A stretch of 64,000 nucleotides of DNA from Rhodobacter sp. CACIA14H1 (GCA_000500915.1 AYNO01000001.1:800-64799), one strand, 5' to 3'; positions 8,930-18,820 are shown, counted from the stretch's first letter. The notes: generated from the letters alone by a model not told the origin. Numbers and translations: made by a program.

Positions 8930-10084
8930 CTATGCCGTCACCGTCTCCACGCTCAGCACCGTGGGCAGGTGCCGCGCGATCTCGTCCCAATGCTCGCCCC
9001 GGTCGGCGCTGGCAAAGACCGACCCGCTATTCGTGCCGAAATACACACCCGACGGCGTCGCCCGATCCGTCGCCATCGCCTGCCGCAGCACGGTGAAGAA
9101 ACAGTTGGACGCGGGCAAACCGTCCCGCATCGCCTGCCAGCTCTCGCCCGCATCCTCCGACCGCCAGACCGCGGCCGAGGCATCGGGCGGAAACCGCCCC
9201 TGCGTGTCCCCGTTCAGCGGAAAGGTCCAGATCCGCCGCGCATCCGCCGGATCGACCGCGATGGGAAACCCGAAGCTTGACGGCAACCCCGCCGTGATCT
9301 CGTGCCAGCTCCGCCCGCCATCGGGGCTGCGGAACACCCCGTGGTGGTTCTGCTGATACATCAGATCACCGCCCTTGCCGGGCGCCCGCACCATGTTGTG
9401 CACGCAGAAGCCGACATCATGCCCGCACTCGCCCGTATGCACATGATCCGCCCCGTCCTCGTTCGACCGCCGGTTCCTGCGGTCCCAGGTCGCCCCGCCA
9501 TCCTCGGTTGCAAAGACGCCCGCCGCCGAAATCCCGACCCACATCTTCGCCGGATCGTCCGGGTCCGCCACGATCGTGTGCAGCACCAGCCCCGCCCCGC
9601 CGGGTTCCCAGCTTTCGCCCGAAGGATGGTTCGACAACCCCTCGACCAGCGCCCAGCTCTCCCCCCAGTCCGCGCTTTCATACAGCGCCGCAGGCTTCGC
9701 CCCCGCGTAAAGCTTCGCACCGACCTTCGCCACCGACCACAGGGTGACGATCTTCCCCTTGAACGGCGCAGGCGGCGACGGCTCGCGCTTCAGATATTCC
9801 CGCGCCCCCGGGTCATTCGCCAGGAAATCGTCCAGCTGCCCGTTCGCCATCAGCGACAACTGCCACGTCACGCCCCCGTCCGCCGACCGCCAGACCCCCG
9901 CCCCGTGAAACTCGCCACCCCCTGCCGCCCACAGCATCCCGGACGCCGGATCGCCCACCACATGGTTGATCGGCCAGCCGTCGCAATGCGGCCCCGACAC
10001 ATCCCATGTCCGCCGCCCGTCCCGCGATGTCAGCAGGAACACCCCCTTGGTCGTCCCGACCAGCACCCTGACCGACTCACCCAT
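8930..10084 (-). CDS. BNR/Asp-box beta-propeller protein (sialidase-like)
   Basis: LVGTTKGVF start; repeated S-x-D-G-G-x-T/S-W Asp-boxes; YQQNHHGVFRS. Confidence 0.8.
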   Translation of the reverse strand: MGESVRVLVGTTKGVFLLTSRDGRRTWDVSGPHCDGWPINHVVGDPASGMLWAAGGGEFHGAGVWRSADGGVTWQLSLMANGQLDDFLANDPGAREYLKREPSPPAPFKGKIVTLWSVAKVGAKLYAGAKPAALYESADWGESWALVEGLSNHPSGESWEPGGAGLVLHTIVADPDDPAKMWVGISAAGVFATEDGGATWDRRNRRSNEDGADHVHTGECGHDVGFCVHNMVRAPGKGGDLMYQQNHHGVFRSPDGGRSWHEITAGLPSSFGFPIAVDPADARRIWTFPLNGDTQGRFPPDASAAVWRSEDAGESWQAMRDGLPASNCFFTVLRQAMATDRATPSGVYFGTNSGSVFASADRGEHWDEIARHLPTVLSVETVTA

Positions 10085-10135
10085 GCGCTGCCCTCCCTGC
10101 AACCACAGGCGGCAGCCTAGCACCGACCTGCGCGG

Positions 10136-11026
10136 TCAACCGAGATGAAAGTTGACCGCCCGCAGCGGTTCCGGCGGCGCCTCGCCCAGATGCGGCGCAA
10201 GGCTGATCTCGGCCGCACGGCAGACCGCATCCAGCGGCAGCGCGTTCAGCGTCGTGCCGAAGGGATGGCTCAACTCCTCCGTCACCTCGGCCAGCCCCAG
10301 AAAGACATAGGCCACGATCGCCACGAACAGCGGCGTCAACCACCCCGCCGGCCCGATCAGCGCAAGCGGCAGCAGCAGGCAATACAGCGTGCTCGTCCGG
10401 TAGATCAGCAGCGAATAGACGAAAGGCAGCGGCGTCGCCGCGATCCGTTCACACCCCGCCTGCGCCAGCGCCATCCCCCCCAGCCGCGCCGACAGCGCCC
10501 TCGCCCCGAACCCGTCCACCATCCCAGCCCGATGCGCGGCGGCCAGCCTTGCATTCAGCCGGTCCATCGCGGCGCAGGGCGGGTTGGGCACATGCGCGAA
10601 CTCCGCCGCCCGCGCCATGGCCTGCGGGTCGTCCCGCAGCCCGCGCAACTGCACGCGGTGCCAGTGCAGGAAGGCCAGCGCGTCGCGCAGCATCGCCTGC
10701 CGCACCGCCCCGTCCGCCACGAACACCTCCACCTCCCGCGCCAGCGACCGCATGTCCGCCAGCAGCCCGCCCCACAGCTTCCGCCCCTCCCACCAGCGGT
10801 CATAGGCGGCGTTGTTGCGGAACCCGAGGAACAGCGACAGCGCCACCCCGAACACGGTGAAGGCCGTCCCGTCCGCCCGTGGCAGCGCCATAAGATGCCC
10901 GTCCACCCAGACCATCCCCGCCGCCAGCGCCGCAAACAACAGGATGCGCGGCGCGATCTGCGGCAACACCGACCCCCGCACCGCCAGCAACAGGTCGAAC
11001 GGCCCCGGCTTCTCCCGCACGATCAT
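10136..11026 (-). CDS. Bestrophin family channel (YneE-like)
   Basis: LSLFLGFRNNAAYDRWWEGRKLWG, GCERIAATPLP, EELSHPFG..LNALPL; start reassigned to ATG 11026. Confidence 0.9.
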   Translation of the reverse strand: MIVREKPGPFDLLLAVRGSVLPQIAPRILLFAALAAGMVWVDGHLMALPRADGTAFTVFGVALSLFLGFRNNAAYDRWWEGRKLWGGLLADMRSLAREVEVFVADGAVRQAMLRDALAFLHWHRVQLRGLRDDPQAMARAAEFAHVPNPPCAAMDRLNARLAAAHRAGMVDGFGARALSARLGGMALAQAGCERIAATPLPFVYSLLIYRTSTLYCLLLPLALIGPAGWLTPLFVAIVAYVFLGLAEVTEELSHPFGTTLNALPLDAVCRAAEISLAPHLGEAPPEPLRAVNFHLG

Positions 11027-11142
11027 CGACGCATCTCCCGCCCCTTCATCTCGGCCCAAATACCCCGCGGGGGCAGGGCGCGGCACGCGCCCGAGGGGGG
11101 CGCGAAGCCCTTCCCACGGTGCCACCCGCGCGACGGGCCGGT

Positions 11143-12225
11143 CTAGCCCAACCCGATATCCCCCTGCGCCACCGACACCGTCTTCACCACCGCAAAGACG
11201 CCCGCCCCTTCTGCAATCCCCAACGCCTCCGCCGACCGCCGGGTCACCCGCGCCAGCAACGCCTCTCCCCCCACCGACAGTTGCACCATCGCGCCGGGCC
11301 CGTCCCCCATCCGCACCGCCGTCACCACGCCGGGCAGGATGTTCAGCGCCGATAACCCCGCAGGCCGGTCCCGCGACAGGATCACATCCTGCGCCGCGAT
11401 CCGCACCCGCAGCACCTGCCCCGCAGCCATCCCCGGCCCCTTCGGCAGCCACAACGGCCCCGCCGCCGCCTCCAGCCGCACCAGCCCGTCCGCCTCCTCG
11501 GCCACCACCCGCGCCGTCAGCACCGACCCCGCCTCGCGCAGCCCCATCGGCGCGGCCAGCGCAGGGTCGCCCAGCACCTCTGCCACCGCACCCGCCCGCA
11601 GCACGCGGCCCCCGTCCAGCACCACCACCGTCGTCGCCAGCCGCGCCACTTCGGGCAGCGAATGGCTGACATACAGGATCGGCACCCCCGCCCCGTCCCG
11701 CAGCCGCTCCAGCCAGGGCAGGATTTCGGCCTTCCGCCCCTCGTCCAGCGCAGCAAGCGGTTCGTCCATCAGCAGGATATGCGGGTCCGACAGCAGCGCC
11801 CGCCCGATGGCCACCCGCTGCCTCTCGCCCCCCGACAGCGCGGCCGGACGCCGCGCCAGCAGCGCCCCGATCCCCAGCATCTCCACCACCTGCCCGAAGG
11901 CTGCGCCACCGCCCCGGAACCACCGCCCGTAAAGCAGGTTCTGCCGCACCGTCAGATGCGGGAACAGCCGCGCCTCCTGAAACACATAGCCCACCCGCCG
12001 CCGATGCGGCGGCAGCACAAGCCCCGCAGCGGTGTCCAGCAGCACCGCACCCCCCGCCACGATCCGCCCGTGATCCGGCCGCAGCAGCCCCGCCACCGCA
12101 TTGACCACCGTGGTCTTGCCCGACCCCGACCGCCCGAACAGCGCCGTCACCCCCGCCGGCGCGTCAAAGGCCACGTCCAGCGCAAAACCGGGAAACCCGT
12201 GCCGCAGCGCCACCGACAGCGTCAT
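11143..12225 (-). CDS. modC: Molybdate ABC transporter ATPase
   Basis: GRSGSGKT, VGYVFQEARLFPHL, LSGGERQR, SALNIL and C-terminal TOBE region. Confidence 0.92.
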   Translation of the reverse strand: MTLSVALRHGFPGFALDVAFDAPAGVTALFGRSGSGKTTVVNAVAGLLRPDHGRIVAGGAVLLDTAAGLVLPPHRRRVGYVFQEARLFPHLTVRQNLLYGRWFRGGGAAFGQVVEMLGIGALLARRPAALSGGERQRVAIGRALLSDPHILLMDEPLAALDEGRKAEILPWLERLRDGAGVPILYVSHSLPEVARLATTVVVLDGGRVLRAGAVAEVLGDPALAAPMGLREAGSVLTARVVAEEADGLVRLEAAAGPLWLPKGPGMAAGQVLRVRIAAQDVILSRDRPAGLSALNILPGVVTAVRMGDGPGAMVQLSVGGEALLARVTRRSAEALGIAEGAGVFAVVKTVSVAQGDIGLG

Positions 12226-12923
12226 CCCGCCACCCCGATCCGCCGCGCCACCGCCCGCGCCATCACCTCCGACAGCACCAGCGCCCCCATCGCCACCGCG
12301 ACCGACACCGCCACCAGCCGGAACGCCGCCTCGTCACCGCCCGGCACCTGCAGGAAGGCATAGATGGCCGAAGGCAGCGTCTGCGTCTCGCCGGGGATGT
12401 TGGACACGAAGGTGATCGTCGCCCCGAACTCCCCCATCGCCTTCGCAAAGGCCAGCACCGCCCCGGCCAGCACGCCGGGCAATATCAGCGGCAGCGTCAC
12501 CGTCAGGAACACCCAGGAAGGCGACGCCCCCAAGGTCCCCGCCGCCTGCTCCAGCTTCGGGTCCACCGCCTCGAAGGCAAGCCGGATCGCCCGCACCATC
12601 AACGGGAACGCCATCACCGCCGCCGCCAGCACCGCGCCGGTCCAGCGGAAGGCCAGCACCACCCCGAACCAGTCATACAGATACTGGCCGATCCACCCCC
12701 GCCGCCCGAAGGCCATCAGCAGCAGATAGCCCGTCACCACCGGCGGCAGGATCAGCGGCAGATGCACCAGCCCGTTCAGCATCTGCCAGCCCGGAAACCG
12801 CCGCCGCGCCAGCGCCCAGGCGCAGAGGATGCCGAAAGGCAGGCTGATCACCGTCGCCCAGAACGACACGCGCAGGGACAGCGCGACCGCCTGCCATTCT
12901 TCCGGGGAAAGCCAGTCCGCCAT
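12222..12923 (-). CDS. modB: Molybdate ABC transporter permease
   Basis: HLPLILPPVVTGYLLL, FAKAMGEFGATITFVSNIPGETQTLP. Confidence 0.93.
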   Translation of the reverse strand: MADWLSPEEWQAVALSLRVSFWATVISLPFGILCAWALARRRFPGWQMLNGLVHLPLILPPVVTGYLLLMAFGRRGWIGQYLYDWFGVVLAFRWTGAVLAAAVMAFPLMVRAIRLAFEAVDPKLEQAAGTLGASPSWVFLTVTLPLILPGVLAGAVLAFAKAMGEFGATITFVSNIPGETQTLPSAIYAFLQVPGGDEAAFRLVAVSVAVAMGALVLSEVMARAVARRIGVAG

Positions 12924-13685
12924 CTATTCCAATACCCTGAACCCCTGCGCCCTGAACACCGCCCCCGCCCTTTCAGACGACAGGGCGTCAAGGAAGGCCA
13001 CCGCCGCAGGCTTCCCCGGGGCGATCACGGCGGCAGGATAGACGATGGGCGGATGGCTTCCCTCGGGGAAGGTGCCGATCACGCTGACCGCATCCCCCGC
13101 CCCGTCATCGGCAATTGCATCCGACGCATAGACGATGCCCAAAGGTGCCTCCCCCTGCGCCACCAGCGCCAGCGCGGCCCGCACGTTTTCCGACTGCGCG
13201 ATGCTGCCCTCCACCGATGCCCACAGGCCAAGGCTTTCCAGCGCCGCCTTGCCGTATTGCCCCGCCGGCACGCTGTCCACCATCCCCATCGCCAGCCGCC
13301 CCCCGCCCAGCATCCCCGCAAGGTCCAGCCCCGGCCCGATCTCCACCGCCTCCGCCCGACCATGCGCCACCAGCACGAGACTGTTGCCCAGCAGGTCACG
13401 CCGCGTGCCCCCTACCACCAGCCCGCCCTTCTCCACCTCGTCCATCCAGTCCGTCGCCGCCGACACGAACAGGTCCGCAGGCGCCCCCTGCAATATCTGC
13501 TTGGCCAGCTTCGCCGACCCGTCATAGGAAACCGCGACGTCGTTCCCCGTCTCCGCCTCCCACTCCGCCGCGATGGCATCCAGCGCGGTCTTCAGACTGG
13601 CAGCGGCAAAGACCGTCACCGTCTCGGCCCGCAGCGCGGGCGCCGCAAGCAGCGACAGGACAAGGACGGATAGAGCCAGACGCAT
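12924..13685 (-). CDS. modA: Molybdate-binding periplasmic protein
   Basis: Signal peptide; VFAAASL, GAPADLFVSA, VPAGQYG, ENVRAAL, GIVYASDA, HPPIVYP. Confidence 0.93.
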   Translation of the reverse strand: MRLALSVLVLSLLAAPALRAETVTVFAAASLKTALDAIAAEWEAETGNDVAVSYDGSAKLAKQILQGAPADLFVSAATDWMDEVEKGGLVVGGTRRDLLGNSLVLVAHGRAEAVEIGPGLDLAGMLGGGRLAMGMVDSVPAGQYGKAALESLGLWASVEGSIAQSENVRAALALVAQGEAPLGIVYASDAIADDGAGDAVSVIGTFPEGSHPPIVYPAAVIAPGKPAAVAFLDALSSERAGAVFRAQGFRVLE

Positions 13686-13697
13686 CGGCACCCCCAA

Positions 13698-13721
13698 CGA
13701 TATATCCACCCGAACATATCG
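13698..13721. promoter_or_regulatory. ModE-binding box upstream of modA
   Basis: CGATATAT-N8-ACATATCG palindrome matching the known ModE operator pattern. Confidence 0.75.
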
Positions 13722-13743
13722 CCCGCCCCGCGCCGGACAAGCG

Positions 13744-14112
13744 TTATTTCCCGTCCGACATATCCCGCAACATCCCGCGCAGCACGGCCAGTTCCGCAGC
13801 CCCCGCCTCGGCTGCCTTCGCCTCCACCCCGCGATAGGCGGCCAGCACCGCCTCGCCCGCCGCCGTCAGACGCGCCCCGCCGCCCCCCGCGCCACCCCTT
13901 GCACTCTCCACCAGAGGCGACCGGAAGATGCCGTTCATCTCCTCCACCAGCGACCAGGCGCGGCGATAGCTCATTCCCATGCGCCGCCCCGCCGCCGAGA
14001 TCGACCCCGTCTCGCGGATATGCTCCATCAGCTCCGCCTTCCCCGGCCCCAGCATCGCGTCGGGGCCGAACAGGATGCGCAGGCGCAGGCGGGCGGGGTC
14101 GGGGTCGGTCAT
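13744..14112 (-). CDS. modE: ModE-family winged-helix regulator (N-terminal domain only)
   Basis: LGPGKAELMEHIRETGSISAAGRRMGMSYRRAWSLV...GGAGGGGARLT; start ATG 14112. Confidence 0.88.
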   Translation of the reverse strand: MTDPDPARLRLRILFGPDAMLGPGKAELMEHIRETGSISAAGRRMGMSYRRAWSLVEEMNGIFRSPLVESARGGAGGGGARLTAAGEAVLAAYRGVEAKAAEAGAAELAVLRGMLRDMSDGK

Positions 14113-14263
14113 GGCTTGGTCCGGGCAGATCGGATTGCCGCAGGCTGCGGCCAAAGACAGACCCGTTGCAAGACGCATTTGCCGCAGGTCAGACCGCCTT
14201 ACGACCAGTTCACCGAAAACCGCGACATTTCCGCCGCTTTTCAAATTGAAACAGTCTGATGAC

Positions 14264-14288
14264 GGACCCGACCCGCCGCCCCGTGGTT
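14264..14288 (+). promoter_or_regulatory. Variant EcfG-type promoter of the nepR paralog
   Basis: GGACC-N16-GGTT (one mismatch in -35). Confidence 0.4.
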
Positions 14289-14325
14289 GTGGCGGCAGAA
14301 AAACAAGCAGGCAAAGGACTTGGTC

Positions 14326-14556
14326 ATGCAGCCCCTCCACCCCAACCCGCAGGATTTCGTCGGGGCGAACCTGCGCCGCGCCTATCGCGGCACCCCGCCG
14401 CAGACGCTCCCCGACAGACTCGAAGAACTCATGGCCCGGCTCGCGGCAAAGCTCGACAGCCCCCCGGTTGCCCTCGTGCCCGGCCCCGCCCATGGCCGGA
14501 CGCCCGGCCAGCAAGCCGCGCCACCCCAACGGGCGATGGCCGGTCAGCGACGCTGA
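14326..14556 (+). CDS. NepR-family anti-sigma factor paralog
   Basis: FVGANLRRAYRGTPPQTLPDRLEELMARL aligns by eye with IEENLRKVYQDLLQEDVPDRFKLLLEEL of NepR at 54845; AAGGA RBS. Confidence 0.65.
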   Translation: MQPLHPNPQDFVGANLRRAYRGTPPQTLPDRLEELMARLAAKLDSPPVALVPGPAHGRTPGQQAAPPQRAMAGQRR

Positions 14557-16934
14557 ACCGCCACCAGCGCCTCCATCATGCGCCGCGTCAGCGTGGCGGC
14601 CTCGGGCCTGTCCACGGGCCGCGCGGCACGCTCGCGCGCTTCGGCAAAGCCGAAGGATGCAGCCGCCGGCAGCCGCGCCAGCTCGTCCCATGTGACCGGA
14701 ACGGCCACGGGCGCCCCCGCCCGCGCACGGGGCGAGAAGGGACAGATCGCCGTCGCCCCCCGCTGGTTGCGCAGCCAGTCCACGAAGATGCGCCCCTTCC
14801 GCTTGGGCTTCGACATCGTGGCGACGAACCGCTCCGGCTCCTGCCCCGCCAGCATCGCCGCGAAGCCCCGCGCGAAGTCCGTGACCTCCTCCTGATCCGC
14901 CCGCCGCCGCAGCGGCACCACCACATGCACACCCTTCCCCCCCGTCACCAGCGGCGCCGAAGGCAACCCCATGGCCTGCAGCAGGTCGCGCACATCCCGC
15001 GCCGCCGCAGCCACCTCCGGCCAGCCCACCTCGGGGTCGGGGTCAAGGTCGAATACCATCCGGTCGGGCCGGTCCAGCCTGTCCCGCCGCATCCCGCCGA
15101 TATGGAACTCCACCACCCCCATCTGCGCCGCCGCCACGATCCCCTCGACATCCGCGATGAAGATGCGGTCCTCCCCCTCGTCGTCGCAGAAGGTGCGGAT
15201 GGCCTCCGGCCACCCCTCGCCCTTGTGCTTCTGGAAGAACCCCTTGCCCGCGATCCCGTCCGGATGACGCACAAAGGCCAACGGCCGCTGCGCCAGATCC
15301 TCCAGCATCGCAGGCCCCGCCGCCTCCAGATACCGCGCAAGGTCCAGCTTGGTGATCCCCTCCTCCGGCCAGACCGCCCGTTCGGGGCTGGAAATCCGCA
15401 CCCCTGCCACATCCGCCCTTTCGGGCGCCCCCTCCGGTGCTCCTTCGGCTGAAACCTGCATCGCGGGCTTGTCCTCCCTGATCCCCAGATAGACCCCGTG
15501 CCGCACCCGCCCCTCGGCGGTGTATTCGGCAAAGCGTATCTCCACCACGACCTCCGGCCGCAGCCAGCGCGCCCCGCGCACCCGCTCCACCCCCGCGGGC
15601 GGCGCATCCGTGGCCAGTGCACGGAAAAGCGGCACCAGTTCCGCGAAATCCGCCTCGTCGAACCCCGTCCCCACCTTGCCGCGATAGACGATCCGCCCGC
15701 CCTCCACCGACCCAAGGAACAGCGACGCGAAAGGCCGCCCCGCGCTGTCCGACGGCTGCCAGCCCAGCACCACGAATTCCGCCCGCCGCCCGCATTTCAC
15801 CTTGATCCAGTCCGTCCCGCGCCCCGGCCGCGACGGTTGATCCCCGCGCTTGGACACGATCCCCTCGCCCCCCGCCGCACAGACATCGCGCCACAGCTTC
15901 GGCCCGTCCCGCAGCACCGGCGACAGGCGCAGCACGCCCGGACCGGGCACCGCCTCGAACAACCGTTCCAAAGCCTCACGCCGCTTTGCCAGCGGCTTCG
16001 CCGTCAGGTCCCGCCCGTCCAGCGCCAACAGGTCGAAGGCGTAAAAGACCAGCGCCCCCCGCGCCTTCAGCGCCTTCTGCAAGGCCGAGAAGTCCCCGCT
16101 CTCCGCCAGCACCTCGCCATCGATCAGCGCCGCGTCGCAGGGCAACCCTTCCGCCGCCGCAGCGACAGGCGCGAACTTCCCCGTCCAGTCCGCCCCGCTG
16201 CGCGAAAACACCCGCACCCCGTCGCGCCCGATGGACACCTGCCCGCGATAGCCGTCCAGCTTCACCTCGTGCCACCAGCCCGCGCCTTGCGGCACATCGA
16301 CCGACAGCGTCGCAAGCTGCGGCTCGCGGAAGGCCGGATTGGCCCGCCCCCGCCGCCTGCCGGACCCGCCCGCCGCGATCCCCTCCATCCCCAGCCCGGT
16401 CGCCACGCTCGTCACATGCTCGCGCACCAGCGCATCCGCATCTTCGACCGCCGCGCCGTCACGCTCCTTGATCAGCAGCCAGTTCTCGCGTGTCTCCTTG
16501 GGCTTCCCCCGCATCCGCACCAGCGCCCAGCCGCCCCGCATCCGCCCGCCATGCAGCACGAAATGCAGCTTCCCCGCCGCCAACCCTTCGTCCACGTCAT
16601 GCAACGGCTCCCACGTCCCGCGATCCCACAGCATCACCGTCCCCGCGCCGTAATTGCCTTCGGGAATGGTCCCCTCGAACCCGCCATAGTCCAGAGGATG
16701 GTCCTCCGTCCGCACGGCCAGCCGCTTTTCCGACGGGTCCGCCGATGGCCCCTTCGTCACCGCCCAGGACAGCAGCACGCCACCCCATTCCAGCCGGAAA
16801 TCCCAGTGCAGCCGCGTCGCGTCATGCTTCTGCACGACAAAGGACAGACCCCCCGCAGGTGCAACGCGCCCCTCCGGCTCCGGCGTATCGGAAAACCGCC
16901 GCTTTGCGTTGTATTCCTCCAGCGACCGGCTCAT
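14544..16934 (-). CDS. ligD: NHEJ DNA ligase D (phosphoesterase-ligase-polymerase)
   Basis: QKHDATRLHWDFRLE, EVKLDGYR, EGIVSKR, DWIKVKC, FFQKH, VFDLDP, TGGKGVH, IFVDWLRN. Confidence 0.95.
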   Translation of the reverse strand: MSRSLEEYNAKRRFSDTPEPEGRVAPAGGLSFVVQKHDATRLHWDFRLEWGGVLLSWAVTKGPSADPSEKRLAVRTEDHPLDYGGFEGTIPEGNYGAGTVMLWDRGTWEPLHDVDEGLAAGKLHFVLHGGRMRGGWALVRMRGKPKETRENWLLIKERDGAAVEDADALVREHVTSVATGLGMEGIAAGGSGRRRGRANPAFREPQLATLSVDVPQGAGWWHEVKLDGYRGQVSIGRDGVRVFSRSGADWTGKFAPVAAAAEGLPCDAALIDGEVLAESGDFSALQKALKARGALVFYAFDLLALDGRDLTAKPLAKRREALERLFEAVPGPGVLRLSPVLRDGPKLWRDVCAAGGEGIVSKRGDQPSRPGRGTDWIKVKCGRRAEFVVLGWQPSDSAGRPFASLFLGSVEGGRIVYRGKVGTGFDEADFAELVPLFRALATDAPPAGVERVRGARWLRPEVVVEIRFAEYTAEGRVRHGVYLGIREDKPAMQVSAEGAPEGAPERADVAGVRISSPERAVWPEEGITKLDLARYLEAAGPAMLEDLAQRPLAFVRHPDGIAGKGFFQKHKGEGWPEAIRTFCDDEGEDRIFIADVEGIVAAAQMGVVEFHIGGMRRDRLDRPDRMVFDLDPDPEVGWPEVAAAARDVRDLLQAMGLPSAPLVTGGKGVHVVVPLRRRADQEEVTDFARGFAAMLAGQEPERFVATMSKPKRKGRIFVDWLRNQRGATAICPFSPRARAGAPVAVPVTWDELARLPAAASFGFAEARERAARPVDRPEAATLTRRMMEALVAVQRR

Positions 16935-17863
16935 CCCGCCTTCTTCCGCTTGGGCGCAGGCTTGTCCTCCTTCGCCGCAGCCTTCCGCGCGGGTTTCGCC
17001 GCAGGCGCAGGCGGCGCAGCCTCCTCCCTCGCGACCTTCGCCCGACCCTTCGGTGCGGCAGCCCCCTTCGTCTCGGACAGGCTCCGCTTCAACGCCTCCA
17101 TCAGGTCGATCACATTGCCCCGCCCGCCCACCGGCGCCTCGTCGGCCGAGCCCACCCGCGCACGGGGCGTCTTGCGGTTCTTCACCTTCGCCTCCACCAG
17201 ATCGCGCAGCGCCACCGCATAGCGGTCGGTGAAACTGCGCGGATCGAACTTCGCCGTCTTCCGGTCGATCAGCGCCCGCGCCACGTCCAGCAACTCTTCA
17301 TCCACCGCCTCGTCCCCGATTTCGGAAAACAGCGGGTCCGCCTGCCGCAGCTCGTCGGCGTAATGCAGCGTCTCCATCAGCAGGCCGTCGCCGCAGGGCT
17401 TCACGGCACAGAGATATTCCTTCCCCCGCATCACCATCTGCCCCAGCCCCACGCGCCCCGCCGCCCGCAGCGCATCGCGCACCACGCGATAGGCATCCTG
17501 CGCCAGCGCATCGGTCGGCACGATGTAATAGGGCCGGTCGAACCACAGCGGCGCGATTTCGGACATCTCGACGAACTGCACCAGCTCCAGCGTCTTCTTC
17601 GTCTCCAGCCGGATCGCCTCGATCTCCTCGGGGTCGATCAGGACGTAATCCCCCTCCGCCGTCTCGTATCCTTTCAGGATGTCGTCGGCCTTCACCGGCC
17701 CCACCCCCGCGACCGTCTTCTCGTAATGGACAGGCTTCCCCGTCGGCCCGTGGATCTGCCGGAAGGACGGCTTCGCATTCGACTTCGTCGCCGAATGCAC
17801 CTCCACCGGAATCGATACCAGCGACAGCCGCAACTGCCCCTTCCAGATTGCCCGCGATGCCAT
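16931..17863 (-). CDS. ku: NHEJ Ku protein
   Basis: MASRAIWKGQLRLSLVSIPV, ILKGYE, NVIDLMEALKRSL, basic C-terminal tail. Confidence 0.95.
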   Translation of the reverse strand: MASRAIWKGQLRLSLVSIPVEVHSATKSNAKPSFRQIHGPTGKPVHYEKTVAGVGPVKADDILKGYETAEGDYVLIDPEEIEAIRLETKKTLELVQFVEMSEIAPLWFDRPYYIVPTDALAQDAYRVVRDALRAAGRVGLGQMVMRGKEYLCAVKPCGDGLLMETLHYADELRQADPLFSEIGDEAVDEELLDVARALIDRKTAKFDPRSFTDRYAVALRDLVEAKVKNRKTPRARVGSADEAPVGGRGNVIDLMEALKRSLSETKGAAAPKGRAKVAREEAAPPAPAAKPARKAAAKEDKPAPKRKKAG

Positions 17864-17940
17864 GACGCCACCCCCCGCAAGAAGAAAAGAGCGCGCAAGG
17901 TCCACCCCCGCGCGCCCCGTCCGGCTGTCCTTGCGCCCGC

Positions 17941-18201
17941 TCAGCAGGCCGCGACGAACCGCGTGCCGTCCGCCCGGCGATAGACGCACTGCCCCGTGCT
18001 GGTCCGCCCGATCAGCGAACCGGCCGCCGCACCGGCGACCCCGCCGATCACCGCGCCCTGCAACTCGTCGCCGTCATCGGCAACCGTCGCACCGATGGCC
18101 GCACCGACGGCGGTGCCGGCCAGCGTCGTCTGCTGCGGCGTCTGGCAGGCCGAAAGCGCCAGCACGAAACCGACGGGCAGCGTCAGGAATAGCTTTCTCA
18201 T
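17941..18201 (-). CDS. Glycine-zipper lipoprotein
   Basis: Lipobox LSAC; GTAVGAAIGA...GAVIGGVAGAAAGSLIG; likely first gene of the ku-ligD transcript. Confidence 0.8.
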   Translation of the reverse strand: MRKLFLTLPVGFVLALSACQTPQQTTLAGTAVGAAIGATVADDGDELQGAVIGGVAGAAAGSLIGRTSTGQCVYRRADGTRFVAAC

Positions 18202-18234
18202 CTCGGGGTCTCCCTTTGGATGGTTGCGCAGGAA

Positions 18235-18260
18235 AACAGCGTCCCCCGCCGTCCGGTTCC
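18235..18260 (-). promoter_or_regulatory. EcfG-type promoter (lipoprotein-ku-ligD)
   Basis: GGAAC-N17-TGTT. Confidence 0.65.
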
Positions 18261-18344
18261 GTGCCAAGTCGCCTCGCTGCGCCTCGGCTGGCATCCGCCG
18301 CCCCGTCCGGCCCGGGACGGCAAGGTTCCGCCGCAAAAGGCGAA

Positions 18345-18375
18345 GGGCCGCCCTTCCCTTGCGGAAAGGCGGCCC
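18345..18375 (-). terminator. Terminator hairpin after the DUF1328 gene
   Basis: GGGCCGCCCTTCC/GGAAAGGCGGCCC stem followed on the minus strand by TTCGCCTTTT. Confidence 0.5.
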
Positions 18376-18400
18376 CCCGGCCGTCCCGTTGGCCCTGCGA

Positions 18401-18574
18401 TCAAAGTGGCGGGCGACCCCGCACGGCGCGGGCGACCATCGCGACGATGAACAGGATGATGAAGATCACGAACAGGAATTGCGCGATCCCGGCCGAGGCT
18501 CCGGCGATGCCGCCGAACCCGAGGACACCGGCAATCAGCGCGATCACGAGAAAGGCTAAGGCCCATCCAAGCAT
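18401..18574 (-). CDS. DUF1328 (YtjA-like) small membrane protein
   Basis: [35 protein letters not shown]. Confidence 0.9.
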   Translation of the reverse strand: MLGWALAFLVIALIAGVLGFGGIAGASAGIAQFLFVIFIILFIVAMVARAVRGRPPL

Positions 18575-18612
18575 GTCGGTTCTCCTCTGCTGATGGCTGT
18601 TCTGCACGGGGA

Positions 18613-18698
18613 AACGCCCGCCTCCGCCACCGGTTCCCCGCACCCCGCCGGACGGCATGGCGAAAGGGCCGGCGGAACAGCACGCCCCCCGCCGCGTT
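18613..18698. promoter_or_regulatory. Divergent EcfG-type promoters
   Basis: Minus 18637-18613 GGAAC-N16-CGTT; plus 18674-18698 GGAAC-N16-CGTT. Confidence 0.8.
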
Positions 18699-18738
18699 GG
18701 CTTCCCGCATTCCAGCGACCAGCGAAGGAAGTCATCCC

Positions 18739-18807
18739 ATGCACGGCATCATCTACATCATCGGACTCGTCGTGGTCGTCCTCGCGGTCATCAACCTGAT
18801 CCAGTGA
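18739..18807 (+). CDS. 22-aa single-TM small protein
   Basis: Not in ORF track; AAGGAAG RBS; [22 protein letters not shown]; first ORF after a consensus EcfG promoter. Confidence 0.7.
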   Translation: MHGIIYIIGLVVVVLAVINLIQ

Positions 18808-18820
18808 GGAGCGACCGGCC

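Noticed and set aside
10136-11923. Long N-terminal extensions in the ORF track (bestrophin, modE, algA, algG, algL, ecfG)
   Set aside because: They overlap upstream genes in another frame; starts were reassigned to downstream ATGs consistent with family N-termini
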